From Camelus ferus (Eukaryota): a stretch of DNA of 64,000 nucleotides. A program made the translations under genes and the position numbers. The notes under the pieces were generated by a model. It did no database searches, was not told where the DNA came from, and was given only the letters and a program-made list of their open reading frames with translations. The stretch covers positions 59,088,001 through 59,152,000 of the forward strand of contig NC_045696.1 of NCBI RefSeq assembly GCF_009834535.1, written 5' to 3'. This document shows, piece after piece, positions 26,440-38,989 of the stretch (its first letter is position 1; each line of letters begins with the position of its first letter).

Positions 26440-29400
26440 TATCAAATCAATGATCAGAGCTTCCACTTTAGCAAACTAATAAAGGAAGAACAACTAACCC
26501 AAAGCAAGCAGAAGAAAAGAAACAATAAAGAGAAAAGAAGAAAGCAATGAAATTGAAAACAGAAAAATAATAGAGAAAAATCAACGAAGCCAAAAGCTGG
26601 TTCTTTGAAAATATCAATAAAGTTGACAAACCTCTAGCAAGACTGGCAGAGAGCAAAAAAGATACAAACTAAAATATTAGTAACAAAAGAAGAGAAATCA
26701 CCATAATCCCTGAAGACATTAAAAGGATAATAAGCAAATATTATGGACAATATTTGTCTATAAAGTCTACATTTTAGATGAAAAAAATTACCCAAAAAAC
26801 ACCAAATATCAAAAATCACTCAAGAAGAAATAGATAATCTACATAGCCCTATGTTTATTAACTAATTAAATTTGCAGTTAAAAACCACTCCATCAAATCA
26901 AACTCCAGGCTTCACTGGACAATCCTACCAAAAATTTAAGGAACAAATAATAACAATTCTATACAACTCTTCTAGAAACTAGAAGTGGAGGAAAACACTT
27001 CTCAGTTCCTTTTATAAGGCAACCTATACCCTGACACCAAAATCAAAGACATTATAAGAAAAGAGAGTGAGACCAATAGCTTTCATCAGTCTAAACACAC
27101 ACAAACACACATACACACAAAACCTCAACAAATGCTAGCAAATTCAATCCAGCAATATATAAAAAGATTAACAATACATTTTGATCAAGTGGAGTTTATT
27201 TCTGGAATGTAAGGCTGGTTAAACATACAGAAATCAATTAGTATAATTCAGCATATCAACAGACTAAAGCAAGGGGTCAGCAAACTACGCAGCCTATTTC
27301 TGTAAATAATAGTTACTAGAACACAGCCACATCCATTCATTTAGGTATTGTCTATGGTTGGTTTCATGCTACAATGGCAGAGCTGAGTCATTGATCAGAG
27401 ACCTTATAAGAGTTGAGTTAGAGACCTTATGGCTGACAAAGGCTAAAAGATTTACTTTCTGGCCGCTATGATCTGAATTTTTTTGTCCTCCCAAAAGTTA
27501 TATGTTGAAATCTTAACCCCCTATGCCACAAAGATGATGGTATTAGAAGTTGGGACCTTTGGGAGATGCTTAAGTCATAACAGTGGCACTCTCATAAATA
27601 GGGTTAGTGCTCTTATAAAAGAGACTCCAAAGAGATCCCTAACCTACTTCTACCATGTAGAGGACGCAGGAAGAAAGCACTGGCTATGAATCAGGAAGAG
27701 GGCATTCACTAAAACTTGAACATGCTGGAGCTTTGATCTTGAACTTTCCAGCCTTCAGAACTGTGAGCAATAAATTTCTGTTGTTTATAAGCAACCTGTT
27801 CTGTAGTATTTTGTTATAGCATTCCAAACAGACTAAGACTTGCACTTTAAGAAAAAGTCTGCCAACTCCTGGACAAAAAATCTATATATATAAATTTCAA
27901 ATTTTAATAGATCCAAAAAGAGCACTTGAAAAAAATCATAATCCATTCATGATTAAAAAGAAAACCTCAGCAAGCTAGGAGTAAGGGAACTTTATCAACA
28001 TAACAAGGAGCATCTACAAAAACCACATAGCTAGCATCAAACATAATGGTATGAGACTGAATGCCTGCCCCATAAGATTGGAAATAAGACAATGATGTCT
28101 ATTTTCACCACGCCTTTTTAACATTATACTGATCCTAACCAGCACAATAAGGCAAGAAAAATAAATACAAGTCAAATAAATCAGATTGAAAATAAAACAA
28201 TTTTGAAAAGGAAGAACTAAGTTGAAGAATTAATACTACCTGATTTCAAAACTTAAAATACAGCCACAAGAAAGCAAGAAAGCAAGGTACAATAATCAAG
28301 ATAGTGAGGTATTGCTGAAAGGATATACACACAAACCAATGGAACAGAATAGTCAGAAGCAGACCCACAAATACATTCTCAAATGATTTTCAACAAAGAT
28401 ACAAAGGAAATTCAATAGGCGAAGGATAGTCTTTTCACTATGGTGCTACATTAACTAGACATCTATATGTGAAAAAGAACCTGTATCAATACCTTGCACC
28501 ATGTACAAAAAAAAACTCAAAATGGATTAGACCTAAATATAAAACCTAAAACTATAAGACATCTTAAAGAAAGTATTGGAGAAAATCTTAATGACTTCAT
28601 ATTAGGTAAATATTTCTTAGATACAACACCAAAAGAATACTTTTAATTGATAAATCGGATTTCATCAAAATTAAAAACTTCTGCTCTGCAAAAATAGATG
28701 GGTAAGAGAATGAAAAGATAAGCTATAGACAGTGAGAAAATATTTGCTAAACATGTACCTGATAAATGACTCATGTCCAGAATATAAATAATTATATCTC
28801 AAAACTCAATCAAAATGAAACAATTCAATAAAACCCAGGCAAAAGATCTAAACAGATACTTCACCAAAGAAGATACACGGATAGCAAATAAGCTAAATAA
28901 CAAAGATGCTCAACATTCTTAGTCATCAGGGAAATGCAAGTTAAAACCACAATGATAAATTATACCTATCAGAATATCTTAAAAAATGTTTTAAATCTGA
29001 CAATACTAAGTGCTGACAAAGATGTGGAAACTATAACCCTTATACATTGCTAGTAAGAATGCAAAATGGTGTAGCCACTGTGGAAAACAGGTTGTCATTT
29101 TATTATGATACATGCACCGTACCACCCAGCAATCCCACCTGTGGGTATCTACCCAAGTGAAATGAAAATCTATGTTCACATAAAAACCTGTACATGAATA
29201 TTCATAGTGAATTATTCCTTATCACCCCAAACTACAACTCAAAATGTCCTTCAATTGGTGAATAGGGAAACACATACAATGAAATAACACGCAGCAGTAA
29301 AAAGGAATGACGTACTGCATTCCTTTGACCTAATGTATATGTAACAACATAGATAACTCTCCAACACATTGTGCTAAGTGAAAGAAGGTAAAGTTAAAAG

Positions 29401-29660
29401 GCTACATACCATCTGACTCCACTTACACGACAGTCTGAAAGAGGCAAAATCGTAGGTACAGACATCAGATCAGTGATTCCCACCTAGGATCTTCAGGTGG
29501 TAGAAGAGTTGACTATAAAGTATACAAGGCAATTTTGGGAAGTGATGGAAATGTTCTGTATCTTGAATGTAGTAATGCTTTTATGTTTGTTAAAACTTAG
29601 AGTTGTACACTAAGATAGGTGAATTTTACTGCATGTAAATTATACCTCAGTTTTTTAAAT
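26440..29660 (+). mobile_element. Old L1 (L1MB/MD-type) ORF2 and 3' UTR with nested insertions
   Basis: Continuous A-rich L1 ORF2 motifs through to the 3' end (gtgaattttactgcatgtaaattatacctca). Confidence 0.9.
27270..27871 (+). mobile_element. MER58A-like hAT element, interrupted by an MLT1A-type LTR (27464-27840)
   Basis: TIR-like ends caaggggtcagcaaact ... agtctgccaactcctg. Imperfect 8-bp TSD gactaaag/gacaaaaa. MLT1A body with aataaatttctgttgtttataagc. Confidence 0.85.
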
Positions 29661-30577
29661 GAGAAAGAAAAACGCCTTCAAAGATTCCATCGTGATGCAG
29701 CATTGAAAAAAAGTTATTATGTACCTAAAATGATGCCTACCACTTGTCAAGCAATGGAATCAAAGGGCAAAAGAAACTGCCAAATGTATCAGAATAAAGC
29801 ATAGACTTTTTTAAGACAGGAAAAGCTGGTGTTACTGATTCACGTGCAACACATGATCAGTTGGGTACTGAACAATAATTTTTCAAAGCTTCCGGTTAAC
29901 TTTCAGAAGAAGATATTTATTCTGATACTATCTTAGCAACATTATTTACTTATAGAAAAACCAGAAGTAAAAGTTTAACCTAAAGGAAATGCAGATAAAA
30001 TCCTGTTATACTTTAATATTCCTCAGAATTATTCTGTCAATCCTAAAAGGGCTGAAGATGCCAAAATTGTCGGTACATACAAAATCAGCCTAGGAAAGTA
30101 AAGACAATAGTTCTATCTCACTCATGACCATAAATGCAAAAAAAAAAAAAAAAATCCAATAAAGGATTAGAAGATAAAAGCCAACGTGTTTTTTTTTTAA
30201 AAATTATACATTATGACCAAGTATCTACCCAAGAATTTACCTTAAGAATTCAAGGATGACTCAACATTCAAAAATCATGAGCACAGGTTATAAAAAACAG
30301 GACTTTAATCTTGAAATCATGTGTAATGTAAGACTGATAGACAAACACAATTCAGAAGGAACTTAATATTTTGATTGTGATAATGATGAAGAAAGTGGTT
30401 ATACAACTTTTATAAATAAAGGCATACTGAAATTTAGAAATTTTTCTAAAATTATGTATATTAAAGGAAATGCTTTTTTCCTGAGAATCTAGAAAGTGAT
30501 ATAAATCTTACAGCCTATCATAACTTGAAATCAAGAAAATATGGGACTGTTATCTCCTTTCACCACACAACTACTAC

Positions 30578-30644
30578 CTTTTTTTTTTTTTTTTGTCTCT
30601 TTGGCTAGCCTGAGTTGGTTTCTGTTCATTTTGAAGAATCCTAC
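30578..30644 (-). other. MYLK: MYLK non-coding exon 2 (5' UTR)
   Basis: Minus strand tattAG|GTAGGATTCTTCAAAATGAACAGAAACCAACTCAGGCTAGCCAAAGAGAC(A16)G|GTAGTA resembles the recalled human segment GAAGGATTCTTCAAAATTAACAGAAACCAATTCGGGCCAGCTGAAGAGAAAAAATAAAG. Flanked by AG and GT, about 6.7 kb from exon 1. Confidence 0.8.
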
Positions 30645-30691
30645 CTAATACACAAATCAAAGAAATAATTACATAGCAAAAAAGCAATAAA

Positions 30692-30830
30692 GACTGATTC
30701 CCAAATCTGGCTGACATCAGAAACACCTGAGGAGCTTAGTAAAAACAGATTCCCTGACCCCACCCAGGTCAGGCTGGGGACTGGGAGGCATGGATTATTT
30801 TGCAAACAAGGCTGCCATTGGAATTTTGTC
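30692..30830. mobile_element. MER5-like hAT fragment
   Basis: ttcccaaatctggctgacatcagaaacacctgaggagctt motif. Confidence 0.6.
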
Positions 30831-33604
30831 ATTAGTTGGATCTGAAAGATGGCTATTAGGAAATAAAGGCCTTAGGCATGGCTTTCCCTTGAAGTTTTTT
30901 CAATGTAGTTGTGGATATAAAAACTTTATCATGAAAAAAACTAAAGATATAAACTTTTCAATATATGACTTGTCACCATCAAAAGAATTTTACAGGGACC
31001 AATTGCTACAGTAGTTCAAATGAGGAAGAAAACTTGAAGCTGAGCATGTCAAAGGCAGTCTCCATGCTGGGGCAGCTCCTGACAGGCATTAGAAACTCAA
31101 TTCACTCCCTGAACAAATACTTAAGGATAGAGGGACCTGTCAGTAAAAGAGGCAAGTGAAGAATATTCCAGGAGAGGATAAACTCACCGTTAAAGGCAGA
31201 GAGACAGGGAAGTGTAAACTGGGTTTAGGGACAATAAGCTAACGAGCTTGGCGTGCAGGTCAGATGATGGGGCCCTTGCACTTCAAGTTAAGGTGGTCCT
31301 GTGAGCAGCAGGGAGCCACTGAAGGTTTCTGAAGGTGGAGTGACACAGCCAGATTGGACTTTAAGATTAACAAAGCAATCAAGTGTAAAATGTATTTGTG
31401 CCACAGAGAGGCCATAGTTAATAGTCCAAGTATGAGCGAGCGAAGGTCTGGTCATGAGCAATGACAATATGAAAGTAAAACCAAGGGATTCTCTGCCTGG
31501 GGTAACCAGAGGAGGAGGATAATCTCAGGAGGAGGGGCTGAGTGGCTGTGGTCATCTGCGACCAGCTGGTGCCCTAGGTGGCTGCCCAATCACAACAAAA
31601 AGCCTGACAACTCCCTAAAACACTTCAGTGGAAACACCAGGGGGTAAAATCAGGAGCAACTGCATTAACTGTCTCATGTCCAGAATGAGGCCCTCCTGCA
31701 AAGACACCAGCTTCAGTAGTGATCAGAGGCAAGTGACAGGGTAAGGGCTGTGTTCCTCCAGGCACCCTGCAACAGCCTGGTTCCTCCTCCTGAACACACC
31801 CATTTCTACCAGGTTAGCAACCAAGCGACCGCAGAAATGCTCTATTCACACAAATACAAAAATAAGGAATGAGAACTTAACCTGGATAATGGGAAGGGTA
31901 GGGATAGGTCCATTTTAGACACATTCTATAAGCAGTCTTAGTACTTAGCAGAAAAATGCAGGACGTTCAGGAGAAAATCAGAACAGTTATGACTAACCAT
32001 AAAGAAGATATTTTGCAGAAGTGACGTGGTGAGTGGAGGTTACCTTCTCACAGAGCAGCATATGGAGATGTCTTAGGGTCTTTCTTGAGGACTCCTACTC
32101 ATCCCACTGCCCATGCCTTCAGTACAGATGTCTGGGCACCTGTAGTGTGTCAGGTGCTAAGACTACTTACTGGGCTAAGAGTAAGGGCACAAAGATGAAG
32201 CATGACTTTGCCATCAGGAGCTCGTGGCCTAGTGGGGCACCACACCGCCGATAGCATCGCAAGTTAAAGGGTACCAAGCACTTGCTCATCTGCCCACAGC
32301 CTCGTCAGGCAAGCAGAGAAGGGGCTCCCCTCTGCATTTACTGATGGACTTACAAAGACCAGGACAGTGCTGGAGCTGACTCCAAACCATGGCCTCTTCC
32401 TGGTTTTTCACACAGCCTCAGAAGAAATTCCATCTAGTCCAGCCCTAGGAAAGGAGAAAGGCACTCTTGCTGGGTCAGTGGAGATGGCCAGAGTCTGGAA
32501 CTGCTCATAGGGTGAAATTTCTCTGAACGATGGTGCACTGCAGAGTCAAGGCAGACCCAGAATCCAGTGTGAGCCCCAAGTGTCAAGTCTGGCTATTAGA
32601 TGGGATAGACTTTAAGGGTGAGTGGAATCTGTGCGGGCAGACACATGGTACTCAGGGCCCCTAACAGGAGACAGATGGCAGTAATCATAGTCAGACCAGA
32701 TGAAGGAATAGTCACCCCTGCTCCCCAGGACACCTCCAGAAAAAGAGGACAGCCTTCATAGACTCTGGAGAACCAGGTGGAACAGATGATAGATCCAACT
32801 TGCACTCATTTCTCTGGCCGAAGTCAGCCCTTCTCACCCCATCACATCTGCCACTGGGGTGGAGTGATGAGAACTGGCTGTTTCTGGTTCTGCCACCCAA
32901 TTACTTGGACTCTTAGACCAGGGTTTTCACCTCAGTAAAACATAGGTGCCAAGTGGACTGACATAAATGCGGCATGAGGAAAGAATACAAAGCCTTGGGA
33001 ATCCAAAAGTCTTCACGGGATGGGCTTTCACTCTGGCTATAGATTTGCTTCTCATTACTTCTCTTCTAGTATAAAGTTAAAACAAAATTGTTCCAGGAAT
33101 ATTCTGAGTGGCAGAGGGAAAACAAGCCTGGAATGAAAACCACCCCCAAAATAAATCTTGGGTCAAAGCTGGCCTGCATGGTTGAGAGCTCACCACCGGG
33201 TCAAAGATTCTTCACCAGGTTCCAACAAAGGAGCAGCTGAGAGCTTCGGGACACTCGAACCAAGGGTTCCTGCCTTCCTCTCTCCTGGCTGGTACCCACC
33301 CTCCCTCTTCCTCATCTTTGAGGCCTTTCCTCATCACTCCAGCCCCTGAATTTCTTGCTACTCAATTCCCCTAAATGAGTCTGTACCAAGAACTTATTCC
33401 TATCTTCCAATTACACGTTATATTTCCCCATATAGGCCCAAAGCCCCTTGGGCATACTAACTTCCTTTTATAATTCTCCACAAGGCTAGGTGGAGGGGGC
33501 TCTGTAATGTTTGTTGGCTGATGTACAGGTCATTCCATAGACATGGGGAACAATACTCAGTATGTAGAGTAATAGATATTCCTTCTTTGTGCCTCTTTAT
33601 ATTC

Positions 33605-33770
33605 ACATACTCATTTCATTTCTATAACCACCCTTATTGTCAGATGTGGAAACTGCAGACAACCCACAGAGGTTGACTACCACGCCTAAAAACATGCAGC
33701 TAGTAAGTGAACAGGATGGCTCAGAACCCAAGTTTAACTCCAAAGACCACATTCTACTCTCATGCTGCCT
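33605..33770 (-). mobile_element. MIR
   Basis: MIR core cagatgtggaaactgcagac...cagctagtaagtg. Confidence 0.65.
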
Positions 33771-36700
33771 CTCCTGCCAGAAATCTGAAGGAGAGCTACT
33801 CTGTACCAAAAACATCCATCTCTGGAAATAAAAAAGACAAATAGCATCCTCAACTATGGAAGTTCAACTTGATTCCCAAAAGATTATGGGAAACAACACA
33901 CAAGGTCCTGCATTAACAAATTAGCATCCATCAGATCTGGAGGCCCAGAGTGGGAGGGGAGGAAATCAAGCAGCAGATCTGAAAGAAAAAGAAAACCTCT
34001 CCTCATCATGCTTCTTTTGTCTCCAGAGGGCTCTACCCTTAGGACCTAAGAAAAGAGGGGAGAGGAGAAAGGGGACAGAAGTATCAACAGTGGGATGAGG
34101 GGACAACATTGGGATATTCGAGAAGCCCAGTCTATACAAAAATTCCCACAGCTCCCTGTGCGGTGTCCATTGTGAGCATTCGCCCTCAGACACAAGGGAC
34201 AGTGAGCACAAGAACAATGAAAGCATCCGGAAATCCAGCCTTATCCCCATGAGCTGCAAGCTGGGAGCAATTCTTACTGGCTCTCCTCCTGCCCCAGCCC
34301 CCTTCCCCAGGGCTGCAGCCCCTACAGACCAGGTGCACACAACAGGGCAGGAGGGATGCATCTGCCGGCTTGTGGTGACAAACACCAAGGTCCACCCACC
34401 TTGAGATTGTAAGAACTTGCATTTGCTCCACCTGTTGGCTTAAAACAAACAGAAAAATATGATGCTGAAACTCAATAAAGAGACAGAGAATTCATCTACA
34501 GAACAGCACAGTTAAGAGCAGTGAGTGACTCACATAGCAGACCTCAGCCCAGCAAACTCACCCTCTGTGCTGGTGGAGCAGAAGTCTCAGGGCACAAACG
34601 GAAGGGGGCAGAAGTCACATGGCGCAGAACCTGTCCTAGTGGCATCCGTGCTGCCCCCACTCTAGATTCCGAGCCCACATGCCACCCCTGTGTCCACTTG
34701 TACGTTTTCCATGCAAGCAGTCCTGCCTCGTGTCCTCTGGGTATACTCTCTCTCTCTCAGTCAGAGGAAAATGACACCACAACAGTCAAGCTGGAAGAGG
34801 ACAACATCTTCTGTTGGCAAAGTTTACTTTCTAAGCGTTCTCTAAATTTCACTAAGTGTACAGAGAGGATAGGACAGGAAGCTTTTAAGAATGAACAACT
34901 TCCCAATCGAAGCGTGTCGGTATGAACTAGGGGAGGGGCAGTAGGCTTCCAAGTGGCTGTGGTGTATGTTTCCAGAATACCAAGCAGTGTTGTTCTCAGA
35001 AAGATACTAAATAAGCCTCCACATGTTCACGGGGGTCTCTGCACCCCGACCCCCGGGCTGGGCTGCATTCTCAAACTGCCATCTCTTGAAACTCTGAAAA
35101 GGCAAAGAGCCAATAAACCAACTAATTCAGTTTCAAAGACTCTAGACTCATATTTTGGGGGAAAAGCAAGGGGTCATTCTTGTAGACACTGAGCACACAG
35201 TGACCCCAGATCATTTGCAATCTACTCCTCTGAGGCTGAAGAAGAACTCCCCAGCTAGGATCAAAACCCTTCCCTCACCTTTGGCACTGCAAGGGCCTCT
35301 CTCCCCACACTACCATCTGGGGCCGGCCTCCTTTTCCGACAAGCCTTCCCCGTAGACTTCCCTGCAACTGCCAGCCAGAGGCCCCCGCCCTGCAGTGACT
35401 GCACCTGTCTATCTAAGCTCCAGGTAGCATGTGGGTCTCCCTAAATTTACCAGTTAGACCATGGAACTTCACCAGGGCCTAGTCTGCCTTGTACATGTCC
35501 CCCAAGATCTAGCTCTTGAGAAACAGTCTCCTAATGAGAGGGTTAGCAAATTTCATATAAAGAAAAACTGCTCCAAGGCCCCAGCTAACCCCCTCCTCAG
35601 CTAGCCATTGCTGTACAAAAGAAATCAAACACACAGATCCTTTGCCACTGTGGGGTGGTTCACCAAGCTCATCCTAGTGGTGCATGAGGACCAGCATCTT
35701 TTTGTATCATCAGTGAGTGAAGGGACAGACATGCGCATCCTGGTGAAAAGGCTCTTGTGCAGATCCCCAGAGTACCCACTACCCAATCCAGTAGCCAGCG
35801 TCCAGCCACTCCCCACCCAGAGCCAAGTGCCCAGGCTCCTACCTGCTTTGGCTGAAGGCTCTTGGCTCACCTAGGGTGGGAGACAAAGGGCCTACCTCAC
35901 TATGGGCACCAAGAGGGAACATGCCACACTGGCCTAGGGCACTATGGCGTTAACAGCATCACTTCCCACTGTCCCTGCAGTGTGCAGGGCAGGGAGAGAG
36001 ATTAAGACAAAGGATTACTGAAGAGGGAAGGGAAGGGGTCAAGAATTTAAGAGAAAAGTAAAGAGATAGAGGGGAACAGGAAAATGCAGTGGAAAAAATA
36101 AAACTACTTTACTAGAACCTGAAATGCCTTTTAGGTATCCAGTAAGTTTACCAGAAGCACCTACACTTCCCCTGGAGACTTGCATTGTAGATCCCTGATG
36201 CTTTGAAGTGTGAGGGGTTCCCAAAATGGTCCTTTCAAGTTCCCACCCCCATCTGCAAATAACTTATTGACAAGTTGTGCACATTAAAAAAAGATTGCAC
36301 TGAGACAGGGAACAACTTACTTTCAGCTGGAAGGGGGATGCAGCACTAAGCAGGCTCCTCAGGGCTGAGGGGCCGGACATTGCACATACTCTGCTCTTTG
36401 CACGTGGGGAGAAGAGGGATGGTGAAAACCAGTGGCCTGAAGCCTGGCACTATTCCCACTGCCCAGGTGTGCACCTACCCGGCCCACCTCCCTCAATTGC
36501 AATAGCTATTTTTAACCCCCTCTAGGCCTCAAAAGAGCTGGGTCTTTCTCCTTCAGGTTACTATACAGAACATGTCCCACCACCTCGCCCTCAACAACAA
36601 CAAAATTCTAGAAAACCTCTCCGCATCAGCCTGTCTTGGCATCTGCAATACCACGCCTAAAAATTCAGTCCTTTGGGTCTTGAAGAGTGTTAGGAGCCAC

Positions 36701-36879
36701 AAGTTCCAGGGAGGAATTCTGCCTTGGCCACCGAGAGCTAACACCTGGAAATTAGTTTAGCCTAAACTTTCCAACCGCAATGATCTGCGAACAAGGGTCT
36801 ATCAACCATAAAACTCCGTTGAAGCAAAGGAGACCGAGGAGTGCCTGAATAGGAGCAGGGAGTGAGAGCAAGACTGCAA

Positions 36880-37860
36880 CGTCCGACGCCCCAGTTTTGC
36901 CTGGGGCCCCGGGGCTGCCCCCACTGCCCTACCTTCCCAGACTCGCAGCTGGGCTGGGAGGGCCCTCACGTGCCACCCCCGCCCCCGCCATCCTCGAGTC
37001 CTCCAGCAAGAGACTGGGGAGCTGGGAGAAGAGCTACCCCTCTTCCTTGAAGGCTAACGGCGATTTGCACCCCTCAAATCAAAAGCACCCCCTTCGAATG
37101 ACGCCTATAGAGACAGCCGCATCACTGTCCCCAAGCACCTCACCTTCTAAAAGAAAACCCGGGCTGCCTGGAGTCGCTGAGGTCGCCCCCTTATGAGCCT
37201 CCCCCAACTTCTCGCGGTACCTAAGAAACCCTCCCCAACAGTGGAGCCAGGTGCAGGCTCCTAAGGTAGGGTCCCGACCCCACGACCCCCGCCCTCAGAG
37301 AGTGACTCCCAGGGGCCGCCCCGGGACAAAAGCGAGAGGCGGGCTCACTCACCCGCGCGGCGAAGGCGGCCCGAGAGCCGAGGCAAGGCGCTCGGCGGGG
37401 CGTCCCGGCCGCGGGCGCGCAGCGCGGGCTCAGCGCTCCCTCAGCCGCCGGCTGCCGACAGGGCGGCGCGGGGAGCCGGCAAGGCGCGTCCTGGGCTGGG
37501 CGGGGCGGGGTGCTTGGCCCGGCGAGAGAGCGAGCAAGTGGGAAAACGAATGAGCGCGCGTGCAAGCGACTGAGATAACAGCGCTCGGGGTCTGGACCCA
37601 AACTGCCGACTCAGGCTCACACGCGCTGATTTGCATGTTATTTGCATAGCGCTCTGGGAATGGACCTGCGATTCTTCCCGCCACGCCCACCCCACGCTCC
37701 TCCCGGGAGTCCCGAGTGGAGAATCCGGAGCGGAACCGACCGCTGGACGCCGGTCCAACTCTTCCCCGGCACCACCCCGGCTCCTCCTGGCACACCGGAC
37801 TGAAGGCCTTCGGGGTGTTTTCTCATATCTTCCCCTGCAAGTCTCGATACGCATGAGAGG
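36880..37860. promoter_or_regulatory. MYLK: CpG island / MYLK promoter with GC boxes and tandem octamers
   Basis: The only strongly CpG-rich stretch in an otherwise CpG-depleted window. GGGCGGGGCGGGG at 37498-37510. ATTTGCAT at 37629-37636 and 37640-37647. Confidence 0.9.
37353..37450 (-). other. MYLK: MYLK non-coding exon 1 (long/non-muscle isoform 5' UTR); TSS approximate
   Basis: Minus strand ...gagcccgcgctgcgcgcccgcggccgggacgccccgccgagcgcc...gggccgccttcgccgcgcgg closely resembles the 5' end of human MYLK mRNA as recalled. Consensus donor CGG|GTGAGT (intron starts 37352). Lies in a CpG island downstream of CCDC14, as expected from synteny. Confidence 0.85.
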
Positions 37861-38049
37861 ACCACACATTAGAAAAAGTCTGTACACTTTAAAATTAATT
37901 TTTTTCTTTGATGTGTCTGTCAAAAAACAGCAACGAATCGAAGAGATTCCCCAAATGAATATAATTTTGGGTTTTGGACAAAGTATCGCGAAAAACTTGC
38001 CTCATTTTCAAAATTGTCCACAACGTGCAATTTTGTTCTGGCTGGATAA

Positions 38050-38245
38050 CATAGTCCTTAAAGCAGCGGGTTCTGGAGTTGAGAACTCTACTACCCCTTA
38101 CTTTCTAGCTGCAACATTTTGGGCAAATTACTTATCTCTGTTGTTCCGTTTTCTTATCTCTAAAATGGGGATAATCTGCCTTATAGGATTGTAAGATTTC
38201 AGTGAGATAAGTCAGGTAAAGCGCTTAGGATGGCGCCTAGCATGT
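38050..38245 (+). mobile_element. MIR
   Basis: ttgggcaaattacttatctct...tttcttatctctaaaatggggataat. Confidence 0.75.
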
Positions 38246-38989
38246 TACTTTTAACTCTTTAACGTGCAGGCATGATCTATATAGCTACTTTACCGAGAGG
38301 CAATCAGACCAAGGCGAGGCAAGAGGCTGGGAGAAGAGGGGAAGAGGCTATAGAAGTCAAAGAGAGAACATTCTCAGATTAGTGACAGTCTCTCGAAGGT
38401 TCAGGTCAGGATTCCCCAACCAACTCAGCTGTTAGGCTAACCAGACCCAGTTCTGAGAAAGCACTTCGATATTTTCTTTCCCCATGGACGATCCAACATT
38501 AAATGCATTTTGAAACGTTATCTTGGGAATGTTCTGGAAAAATATTAAATATTTAACTCAGCCACTTCAAACAAACAATTAAAATGTAAAGGAATCAAAG
38601 TCTGTTCTGTGGTGGAAAAAAAAAATCCCAGATTAGGAGACCTGAATGTTAGACCTGGTTCTGGTACTAGCTTTGTGGAGCTTGCTGGAATCACTCACTG
38701 TTTCTGGGCCTTAGTTTTCTAATCTCCATGGGATGTTTTTTGGTTTTATTTATTTATTTATTTTCAGGCAGCTTCCAGTTCTGAAACTTTACCTCGAGTT
38801 TCTTTGACATTTTCCTTTGTTGGGTGTTAAGGATCATCCATTTAGAGAATACCTTTTAAAATTAGTTTTTCAACTTGCTTAGTATTTAGTTTGCACCTGA
38901 TATGAAATATTTTATGGAGTTTTCTGATCTCTTCGCTTGGACTCTACTTTTTTTTTTTTTTGAACTGTTTATGTCAGGTAAAGGAGTAT

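Noticed and set aside
29950..30089. Alternative candidates for MYLK exon 2 (acceptors at 29979 and 30089)
   Set aside because: No convincing donor, partly within an old L1 fragment, and 30578-30644 matches the recalled mRNA far better.
33966..34925. 134-140 aa ORFs in MYLK intron 1
   Set aside because: No recognisable domain or exon structure; consistent with random intronic ORFs.
37221..38194. Overlapping 100-187 aa ORFs around the CpG island
   Set aside because: GC-rich DNA is poor in stop codons. The products are low-complexity, and the longest runs into a MIR. Explained by the promoter and non-coding exon 1.
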